The position numbers and the translations under genes are program-made. Of a stretch of DNA of 32,655 nt, positions 1-9,147 are shown in pieces (positions within the stretch are counted from its first letter, which is position 1; the number at the start of each line of letters is the position of its first letter). This DNA is from Salisapilia sapeloensis CBS 127946 (taxonomy: Eukaryota; Protista; Oomycota), in assembly GCA_023334545.1 (NCBI GenBank), contig JAADVB010000213.1, positions 1 to 32,655 on the forward strand, read 5' to 3'. Below the pieces are notes generated by a model, which had not been told where the DNA came from, searched no databases, and saw nothing but the letters and a program-made list of their open reading frames with translations.

Positions 1-1765
1 CTCCTTCTTGTTGCGCAAGATGTTGAAAGACGGCAGTGTATTGGGAGGTTAAGTGGGTGTATGCTAAGCCCCTCTGGAGTGCTGTTGAAAGCGAGGGCTT
101 CTTGGTGGTTGGTCGACTGCTTCGTATAAACGTTCGCGTCGATTCACTGGGTTAGCATGTTTATACAAACGGCTTGTGGAATTCTAGTAACTTGAGTGGT
201 GTGCAAATGAGTCTGGACTGAAGTCCGTGCCAAATTTCTCTTCAGCACTAGTAATTTGAAGTAGATTGTGTATGTTGCCTCTCTAATGTATCCTTGGTCG
301 TTTCTTTCGCTTTATCTAAGCAGATGAAAACTGCTCTAACTGTCGATGGACTGTATCTTCAAGTAAGATGGTTACCATCGCGCAACACAGTAGTTCTAAC
401 GCCTACAAGTACTGCCTGGAACAAAAATTTGGAGACATTTGAAAGATATTGGCATGTGCGCTGTAGTTAACAAGCCAATAGGTTTACTTGAAAAACTGTT
501 GATCTAGATCACTCATCAGTTCATTCGAGAAAGGAGTATGGAAATAGTGATCCTTCTCGACAGAATCACGGAAACTTTATCGATTTTTCCGTGATATCAA
601 AGAAGGATCCGTTTGAGTATGTGGCTCTGAATGGACATCTTCCAGAATTAGTCAAAACCGTACGCATTGTCGATGCCGGAGTCGTCGTCATCTAAACTGC
701 GTAGACGAAAACAGCTGGCTGTGCGGATCTCCTGCTCAGATCTTACCATGAAAGTCGAAGGTGAATGCCATGATATGAACAAATACGAGTATGAAATACA
801 TGCGCGCAGCTATCAGAACGATGAAGACGACGCTACAACAAAAAGCGTATATCAATGTAATGCAGCCATGATAGTGCTCCAATGGCTTGCGTGCACCAAT
901 GCTAGGATTAGATACTTGGCTTCTATGCTTGCAGCATTTAAGCCGGTAACTAATGGCGAAGTACAAGCAAGAATTTACTCTATCCGTTTCTCTTCTCAAG
1001 TTAGTGAATGCAAACCACTTAGGGCGCAACATATACGAACATTTATACAAGAAATAATAAGTAGATGGTCGGTTAACTATGAAGTCATTTGGCTCCTGTT
1101 GCGATAGCTCGCCTACCAAAACGGAGGCTCGCCTTCTCACCGGTTACAATTTTGTCTCCTCATTCCATCCAAAACCAGATAAACTACTGCACTAGTAGGA
1201 ATATTCAGATCAATTTCAAAGTTACACTGGTTTATCTCCACGTTCGTACGAATCAAGATGGAAGCGTTCCACCTTGTCCGTTGTGTCGGACAGGGATAAA
1301 GTAGGATCATCAAGATATTCCAATGGCGGCCATACACACATACACATACAAATGGAGGATTCAGACTGGAGGTCAAAGCCTCATGGGATAACGTTGATTT
1401 CATCGCAAGTCCACCAAGCGTTGGTCGAACCTGTCTCGAGATGAGCTGGGTTAATCCAAAGTCATCAGCATACTCCGTCTACACTACAGATCGCTCATGT
1501 CCAGTTTCTGTTAATTAACCGGAGCGTTGAATGTTCTCAACATAACCATTGGTTAATACTGCCTGGGGCGGCGACATTCGGTAATGCTAATCACTGCGAT
1601 ATCGGTCGATGAAGTCAAATTGAAGAGTGAGCTTTCTGTTTGCTTGATATAGAAATGACTGGAGCAGAGCATACATGAATTTCTACCAATCCGAATGCTG
1701 TAAAAATGCATTCTAACAAGTTAGGAACGAGTTCCATACTTAACTTGCGATCGGAACACGTCAAG

Positions 1766-2157
1766 ATGGCAGCCCGTCAAGGAGCTCGGAAATGGCTCTC
1801 GAATTTGTTTGGGGATGCCGCTGGTGCTGGAGCGTCATCCTCGGGAGGCCCGAAGTCCAAGTCAGTTGCAAAAGAACGGCTGCAGATTATTCTGGCACAT
1901 CAGAGAGGCAGCCAACTGCTTGCCGGCGTCGACCTCGACAAACTCCAATCGGAGCTCTTGGAATGCGTCCAGCGTCACATTCAAGTTGCCAATGGCGCCA
2001 ACATCAACATTGCAGGTACCTAGTTGCTCTTGTATGCAAAGATACGTGGAGTAGGTGGTAACTTTGGTTTTTGCTAGTGAAAAATGAGGGCGAACTCGAC
2101 ATTTTTGAGATGCAGGTGCCGGTGGATGGAGCTGGACAGTCGCAGGAGAAGAGATAA
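1766..2157 (+). CDS. minE: Cell division topological specificity factor MinE (nuclear-encoded, probably mitochondrial), 109 aa, 2 exons
   Basis: Exons 1766-2015 and 2078-2157, separated by a 62-nt phase-1 intron (GTACCT...TTTGCTAG). Spliced product: MAARQGARKWLSNLFG...SKSVAKERLQIILAHQRGSQLLAGVDLDKLQSELLECVQRHIQVANGANINIAVKNEGELDIFEMQVPV. This matches bacterial MinE (AKERLQII motif; C-terminal D-I/V-x-E-x-x-V strand). Splicing restores the C-terminal strand that the ORF track lacks. Confidence 0.92.
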
Positions 2158-3116
2158 GTTTGAGTGGTTGCATAAGAAGGAAATACAAGGAAAGGAATCA
2201 TATCAGTAAACGACACTGTTATCAGAAGCAAGACTCTAGTACGTTGCCCGTGTCCAAGGATGCCGAACGAGTAAATCCTTCGCTACTGCACATCCTCTCA
2301 ATTTTCAGTCGTACGCAAGAGCTACTTGTATCTTTATAACCGACGTTCGAAGCTTCCCACTTGGCATCATCATTATAAAAGCTACTCAGATCTCAATTCT
2401 CCTAACAAAGACTACGAATCAGACGCTAAAGGCTACAATCGTCTCGTGAAGACGGAAGAAGGTGGGATGAGTATTTCCAACACGGAAATCAACGCTCTCT
2501 ACTGATCCAATCAACATCCGTAAGAAGTCACTCAATAGCTATTTTAAAACAGGTTATAGCACACTCCTTCGCATGATCAATCTGTCTGGTAACTGCGTGG
2601 GATGGTACGGCGCTTTGCTTGATAGCGCCTCTTCATGATCCGTGCTGACCACGAATAAAGATACTTTCTCCGACCATGAGATCATGCAGCCGTAGATTCC
2701 TCTATCTTTTGTTCGAAAGCAGACAGGGCATATCCGCCTCTTTGGTACCAACAAATTCATTAAAAACATCGATCTTTGGACCTTTCTCCGCGCATTTCCA
2801 GACTGACAGATGATGACTAGCGGCATCCAGGTGGTCTGCTTCGTCCCTAAGTCATTTAAGTTCTTGCGCTCGACGCCGGCAGTAGTGTCAAGGTCGAGGA
2901 AAGATAGCCCAACGCAATAAGTAACGCGGCTCTTAGCCTCTTTGTTCGCGTCAACAGCCACTAGATTCCAGTGGAGCACCTGCACACGTTACGTCCAGTC
3001 TCTTGAGCTGACAAAAAACATTCTTCCTCACGTTCCCTCTCGGGTGCAGACACCTCTGACCTCGTAGCAACTTGTCTTTCGTTCAAAACGGCATAAGCTC
3101 AACTGCTACGGCGTGC

Positions 3117-6100
3117 ATGCATAGACCCGACCAACTGCACGTAGGATCACCGTCTCCTCCTACGAGTAGGATCTACCACTCGTATCTAGCTCACAAATCG
3201 CCCTGCAGTCCAGACTTCCAAATCGTCAATTCACCGACAGCCCACCGGTCACCAAGTCCAACGACGATTTCGCCAGAAGCATTAGAGTCCGACCGGACGT
3301 CATCTCCTGTGCCCTATAGACGGACCTACAGTCACTCGCATCCCTTGACAGCTATCTTGGGCGGTCGAGTGGATGCATCTACAAGTGCTCTGAGCTCCCC
3401 AGGAGATGTCCTTCACTCTAGCATCCAGTATACTTCTACGAATGCAGGGACTCGAGGCTCCCTCCTTCCTATCACACCCCCTGGAGATCATCCGGAGCTG
3501 CAAAAGAAATCATCCTTCTGGCTACTACACTTTGAGTGGCAAAAAGCTCGAGCACACTTGCGTCGCCTATGTTTCTGGGGTCTCGTTGTCGCAGTCTTTG
3601 CCTCAGCATTCGGTCTCACCTACGTCATTCCGAGTGATTTGCAGTCTCAAGCGCCTGTAGTAGTCGGCAGTCTTCTCAGCCTCTTGTCCTCATGCTTCAT
3701 TCTCGTCTCGTTCACATGTGCCAAGACTCACCGGCGATTTCCGAACGAAATCCTAGTGTACGTAGCTCTATGTGAGCTCGGCCTAGCCATCCTCTCTATC
3801 GTCCACGTCGCCATGTACTGTTCCAGTGGCGAGTCCGTCACTCGTCGAACGTGCGCGATGCAGTCTATAACGACATGCAGCGTCCTCTCCGGCGTGCGTT
3901 TATTCCTCTTATGCGGCAGTGTTGGCTGGTTCGCGTCGGCAATCTTCCAGCTCTTTGTCGCTGTCTCGAATCCCTTCGCCGACCACAAGTCGCAGCTGAA
4001 GCTCTATCATCTAGTCGTCTGGACTGCTTCAACCATAATGGCAGTAGCCATTCCTCTCATCCTTTTTTCCAACGGGTTCCAGAGACAGTATGACATGACA
4101 AGTGAAGAGATATGTAGTACAGCCAGCTTACTCTTTCCTCTCTTGCCTCGTGTCGAGTCCAAGAGGGACTTGGAGTGGCGTGTGAGTCAGTGGAAATCAC
4201 TTGTACTGCTCTATTGGGGAGCTTTCCTCGGTCTCGTCGTCCTCCTTGTCATTGCAGCTCAATTCACCTTGATCATAAGCTGGTGGCGATCCAACAGCGG
4301 GACGGTGATCGCCTTGAAAGCTCGAAGACGGATGATGAAACGCATGACAGTGTACGTCCATTCGTTGAACGCCACTTGGCTCTTCATCCTCGCGTCGTTC
4401 TTTGTCTACTGGTCCAATGACACTGCTCTCCAGCAGCTTCCATCTTCGTATGGTCGCATGAGCATCCATACACCCAATACGTCTACGACGAGAAACACAG
4501 GTGCGCCTCATGTCCTCGTTGCGTTATTCCAGTACTTGTTGTCAGCAAAAGGCTTTTGTCTTGGTGTCGTGTGGATACTCGTGAACCGATGGGGTTTCGC
4601 ATGTCTCCGGTCTCATCGAGACACTAGTGAAGAGGAATCCAACGGGCAGCATACGAATCCAGCTACCTACAGCGATTCGAGTCCACACGACCTCTTCTCC
4701 AGTCCCGAGTTTGAGCGTCAGCATCGTCTAGGAAGAGCCCTCCAATCCGTCGGGTCGGCTTCCTCTCTCCTATCGTCTCGATCGTCCAAGACGTCGACCC
4801 AAAGCACGGAAACGCTGCAACAAGAGATCATTTATTACACCGTGTCAGGCATCACAAAAGCCATCTTGCATGCTTCTCAGTCCCATGACACGCACCAGTT
4901 CTTCCAGCAGCTTCTCGTCGGAGCTGAACGAGATCCTACCTTTGCCAACGTCACCTTCTTCTCTCACGTCCAGAGCGTTGACATGGTCAACTCGCCTCGT
5001 GCCTTTTGTGCCCCGACATCTCGCATGCAGACTGTCCCGGACCACTTAATGTCAGGTGGGAGCACGTCGCCGCCGCGTCGATCATCTACGCAATGTCAAT
5101 CGTATGGCCAAAACCAGCTCAGCTCGACTTTCTTGCGGGCTAGTGCCTACTTTACTCGTTTGTCCCAAGAGCACGTTTCGTCTAGAAGTAGCATCGGTCG
5201 TTTCTCCCTCTATCCAGTCTCCCACGTCCCGTTCGAACTCTTTGAGCAGGAGATTGAGCTCCAGAGTAATCAGTCCCCTACAGCCAAATCGTCTCCGCTC
5301 TTTGCAGGTCTCAAACGGTCCGCGACGAATGTCTGGAGTAAGCCTAGTAGCTTGGAACATCCGAAACCCAAGGTCTTTATCGACTATGCTCCAGCAGAGT
5401 TCAGGTCGATACGTCTCGCGTTTGGTCTATCAGACGAAACGTACTTAGCGTCGTTCCGTGCGACGGCGAAAGAACGCGTGAGTGGTGGATCGAGTGGTGC
5501 GTTCATGTTCTTTTCAGGTGACAACGCTTTGATTGTGAAGAGCATGAAAGAGAAGGAGTGTCGGAAGCTCGTGAGAATGGTACCCAAGTACGCTGAGTAC
5601 ATCAAGACGCACTCCAAGAGTCGTATCATTCGTTTCTTTGGTTGCCATCGCATTCGACTGTACGGACGCAACTTTTACTTTGTCGTCATGTCCAACGTCC
5701 TCCATAGTGTCAAGCACACGCCGACGATCAGTGAAAAGTATGACGTGAAAGGGTCGTGGGTGGATCGAGTGGCCAAGCGACCGCAGGAAGGAGAGGAAGT
5801 GACGTGCTCGGATTGTAATGCCAGCTACGCCTTTGGTCTCGACGATGACTGTCACATGCTTCAGGACCACTACCATCGTCCGGATATGATTTATAAAGAC
5901 CTCGATCTGAAGCGGTCGCTCCACCTCGCGCCACAAGTAGCTCAGAGCCTGTACCTGCAACTGGAGGAAGATTGTGAATTTTTGAATTCCATGGGTATCA
6001 TGGACTACTCTTTGCTCGTTGGCATTCACAAGTGCCGACTGCAGGAACCGTATCACGAACACGAAGCCACACCGTCTAACCACATGGACAGCTTGTACGG

Positions 6101-6347
6101 GCACAAGGACTCGACGGTGAGTCAGAACTTGGAACCGATTGAAGACGCCGGGCACGGTCCGGAAGAAGTCTACTTTGTCGGTATCATTGACATTTTACAA
6201 GAGTGGGATTGGGCCAAGCAATTGGAAAAGGCTGGAAAAGTCTTGATGGGGAAACCGTCCCAAGGCATCTCGGCCGTCGACCCGGATACGTACTCTAGAC
6301 GATTTAAACTGCGCGTGCGTGAGATTTTGCAATTGCAAGAGGAATGA
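3117..6347 (+). CDS. GPCR-PIPK fusion: multi-TM GPCR-like domain plus phosphatidylinositol phosphate kinase domain (oomycete GK/PIPK-D family)
   Basis: Single long ORF; first ATG at 3117 (the track starts at TTG 3072). It has a run of hydrophobic segments at aa ~166-505. The C-terminal PIPK domain carries GGSSGAFMFFS..LIVKSM, YDVKGS, YKDLD, MDYSLL and YFVGIIDILQEW. The linker contains LQQEIIYYTVSGI, resembling the conserved LRxGI-type motif. Confidence 0.93.
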   Translation: MHRPDQLHVGSPSPPTSRIYHSYLAHKSPCSPDFQIVNSPTAHRSPSPTTISPEALESDRTSSPVPYRRTYSHSHPLTAILGGRVDASTSALSSPGDVLHSSIQYTSTNAGTRGSLLPITPPGDHPELQKKSSFWLLHFEWQKARAHLRRLCFWGLVVAVFASAFGLTYVIPSDLQSQAPVVVGSLLSLLSSCFILVSFTCAKTHRRFPNEILVYVALCELGLAILSIVHVAMYCSSGESVTRRTCAMQSITTCSVLSGVRLFLLCGSVGWFASAIFQLFVAVSNPFADHKSQLKLYHLVVWTASTIMAVAIPLILFSNGFQRQYDMTSEEICSTASLLFPLLPRVESKRDLEWRVSQWKSLVLLYWGAFLGLVVLLVIAAQFTLIISWWRSNSGTVIALKARRRMMKRMTVYVHSLNATWLFILASFFVYWSNDTALQQLPSSYGRMSIHTPNTSTTRNTGAPHVLVALFQYLLSAKGFCLGVVWILVNRWGFACLRSHRDTSEEESNGQHTNPATYSDSSPHDLFSSPEFERQHRLGRALQSVGSASSLLSSRSSKTSTQSTETLQQEIIYYTVSGITKAILHASQSHDTHQFFQQLLVGAERDPTFANVTFFSHVQSVDMVNSPRAFCAPTSRMQTVPDHLMSGGSTSPPRRSSTQCQSYGQNQLSSTFLRASAYFTRLSQEHVSSRSSIGRFSLYPVSHVPFELFEQEIELQSNQSPTAKSSPLFAGLKRSATNVWSKPSSLEHPKPKVFIDYAPAEFRSIRLAFGLSDETYLASFRATAKERVSGGSSGAFMFFSGDNALIVKSMKEKECRKLVRMVPKYAEYIKTHSKSRIIRFFGCHRIRLYGRNFYFVVMSNVLHSVKHTPTISEKYDVKGSWVDRVAKRPQEGEEVTCSDCNASYAFGLDDDCHMLQDHYHRPDMIYKDLDLKRSLHLAPQVAQSLYLQLEEDCEFLNSMGIMDYSLLVGIHKCRLQEPYHEHEATPSNHMDSLYGHKDSTVSQNLEPIEDAGHGPEEVYFVGIIDILQEWDWAKQLEKAGKVLMGKPSQGISAVDPDTYSRRFKLRVREILQLQEE

Positions 6348-6506
6348 ACTATTCGTACATGTTTCTTCAACCTTTTTTAATCATTTATTGATCTTTAAAA
6401 CAAAAGGCGATGGAAGGCAAAAGGATGTAAGTGGTACCAATTGAGTATCTTTGGTGTTGATCAATGTGAAGCATACGCAGGACGTGGACGGCTGTAGGGA
6501 GGCGCG

Positions 6507-7157
6507 TTAGATGTTGACAGAGTAGGACATCTCTTCGTCTTGCGGTAGCTCGTTGAAGTGCTTGGTGCAGAGGTTGTCCGTACGTTCGTATGCTTGTTTT
6601 AGGCATCCGTCTTTGATGCACCGCTTACCACCGCCATGTGCCCAGCAAAGACCTTTGGAGATAGCGATTTTATCGCATGTCGTGTCTTTGCACTTGGTAC
6701 CGCCGCCGTGCGACCAGCAAAGTCGTCGCGACTTGGCACGGTTTTCGCATCCAGGCTGCATGCACTGGGTCGATCCACCATGTTTCCAGCACCTGCCATA
6801 GTGCTTTGCGCGACTGTTACAGTCGTGCTCGATACATCGCTTTCCACCGCCGTGCTTGACACATAAGCCTTTGTCAACGACGTACTGGTTGCAATCGTCC
6901 ACTTTACAAACGCGGTTGGCTGGACGAGGCGAGTTACTCTTGCTACCAGTTGCGACGGCACGAGTGGGAACTGGAGGCATCTCCTCGGCTGTTGCCGGCT
7001 CTTGATGCATATACACCTTCGTGGGTGAGTGCATCATTGAAAACGAAGAGGCATGCGGGGCATGGAATTGGTGATTGCCATCGAGGATGAACTGCAAGGA
7101 CGACTTGGACATAGAGTCTCTTTGGTCAAATTCGCTTTGGGTGTAGGACATCGTCAT
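6507..7157 (-). CDS. WRKY19-like zinc-finger repeat protein (five C-x4-C...C-x2-H-GG repeats), 216 aa
   Basis: Five ~24-aa repeats such as CKDTTCDKIAISKGLCWAHGGG at 6558-6908. ATG at 7157 lies about 50 nt downstream of a clean INR+FPR. There is no WRKYGQK motif, so this is not a true WRKY factor. Confidence 0.88.
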   Translation of the reverse strand: MTMSYTQSEFDQRDSMSKSSLQFILDGNHQFHAPHASSFSMMHSPTKVYMHQEPATAEEMPPVPTRAVATGSKSNSPRPANRVCKVDDCNQYVVDKGLCVKHGGGKRCIEHDCNSRAKHYGRCWKHGGSTQCMQPGCENRAKSRRLCWSHGGGTKCKDTTCDKIAISKGLCWAHGGGKRCIKDGCLKQAYERTDNLCTKHFNELPQDEEMSYSVNI

Positions 7158-7190
7158 AGAGGCTGCAAGTGGCGGTTTACTCTTTGCGTT

Positions 7191-7206
7191 GCAAACTAAA
7201 AAATGA
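7191..7206 (-). promoter_or_regulatory. Oomycete INR+FPR core promoter of the WRKY19-like gene
   Basis: The minus strand reads TCATTTTTTAGTTTGC, matching the YCAYTYY initiator followed by a MWTTTNC-like flanking element. Confidence 0.7.
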
Positions 7207-9147
7207 TCTCTTTCAAGCTGCCATCGAGTCGAGTTAGCTATTTACATCGTACGATCGAGCTGAAGCGGCGATGCAATGCGCTCATATGATACCGCGGCGT
7301 AGCCAATTGGCTGCTTTTCAGGAATGACAGACGGTATGGTCGAAGTGCCGAAACCAAGATGGGCGCCTCAACGGTCGTACCTACATGACGCTTGAGTGAC
7401 CATCCGTCTTCGGCATCATTAATAGAGTGTGTCGCTGCGAACGATGGGATGCAAAAAGCTTTTGAGCTCACACCAAACGACGTCAATAGGTTAAAAAGGA
7501 GATACTCGGGATGGAATAAACCCCGCTGACGTCCGTTGTAAAACATCCCTACGATTTCTTTTGCGGCAGTAATGGTCAGGGAAGCTACTCTGGTGACGTT
7601 TGAAACTCACACCAGCTTGACTGGAAGAAATAAGCCAACGGCTTTGTAATTGCCAAGTGCATATCACACTGTCGACCTTCAAACCTTCGACAATACAGCA
7701 ATGTTTCGTGCATTTGCTGTCGTCATAACCTTCACGTCCCACTTGTCTGCTCTCAAACTTGTAGATGACCACATCGGGTAGTGTCGACTATCCGCTACAA
7801 CTTATACCTCTAGTATGACAGAAATTCGTTATATTAAGTCGATGATAGACTAAACTTGAATGAGCATGCCATCAGAGCATTGTATGCAGGCAGATAAGAC
7901 TTTTCTATGCAGTTGGATGAGAAAGAGTGATCATAATTGGAGGTACTTCACCCACCGCCAACAATAGGAACGTTTACGAAAAGCAGTGTGCTCAGATTCG
8001 TTGGCTCACTCCTAAACCACTATCATCCGTCCGATTATGAGGCACGGTAAGTTCGTTTACGTCGACATACTAGGATGTCTTCAAGAAGGTTAGAGTTTCG
8101 TTTCATATGCATACATGGAGAGTTCCTCTCCCTATATCTATGCCTACTCGCCCACTTCTCTATTGCTATTGTAGCTGACGCAGCATGCTCGCTTGGCAAC
8201 AACTTTGTTTATTTTAATCTCTAGTTGCCATGTAGCCACCACATCTCTATCCTACCTAGTTCCTTTTATGTGCCAATATCTGATTTAAAGCTTTCGCACG
8301 CCGCCAAAGAGATTTTTATCCTCCTATCCTCTCTCAGTTCGTGCTTGGTTAGTTGAACTCTATCTTTATCATTTCCGAACCAGAACGAATGAGTCGCATG
8401 ACCCTACTATTCTAATATAAACGCCAAACTTCTCTTTGTCATTCGTGTCAGCTTCTCGTCACCATGTGACTTAATGAGTCACCAGACTTCTTTCGGAAGC
8501 TTGACGCATTCGACCACTGAAGTCTTTTTACACGCATGGCGTAACGCTGACGAATCCCGGGGGATTCCGTGGCTTGATTGATTCGTAGGGTCGAATGTAG
8601 GCTGGACGCAGTAACTGCCTTCGTACGTCTTCGCTACAAAGCTTACAATCACGGTAAAAAAGGATTCTACAAATGTCGTAACTGTACTAATATGTCGGCA
8701 AATCGAAGACGGTTGGATGGAATGTCATGGGATCGCATTTCGCCCAAGTTTCCAATTGTCTTTGTACCTACTTGTGATCTTGATCAGTACATGAAGTGTG
8801 TTCATTACAATTTTTAACCTATATCGTAGCATTATTTATATTTAACATACTACATGAACTATTCTTTACACATTACGGCTAGTTTTAGAGTTTAATTGAA
8901 GTAAATAATACATTATAAGAAGACAATACCTTCCCGCCAAATCTCATTATAAAATACTCATACTTGTAGACTAACGTTATTTTCTATGTTATAAAGCTAT
9001 TATTTCCGTACAGACCGAAAGCAAACCGCCGGTGCCATTGACGCCGCCTGCTGTCTTCGCATCTCCGTTCGAGTTCTTTCTAGCGTCCATACGCTCGTAG
9101 AACTCATCTCGACCGTACCATTCATCTAGCACAATACACTGTAAGCC

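Noticed and set aside
667-1403. Overlapping ORFs of 71-146 aa upstream of minE
   Set aside because: No recognisable motif, alternative start codons, AT-rich intergenic-like composition and mutually overlapping frames.
2554-2985. 143-aa minus-strand ORF
   Set aside because: GTG start, no domain and no supporting splice or promoter signals.
7775-7794. Hairpin CGGGTAGT-GTCG-ACTATCCG
   Set aside because: An isolated 8-bp stem is expected by chance in 32 kb; there is no repeat or ncRNA context.
8552-8567. Inverted repeat GAATCCC-GG-GGGATTC
   Set aside because: Single short palindrome with no second copy and no terminal-inverted-repeat or target-site-duplication structure.
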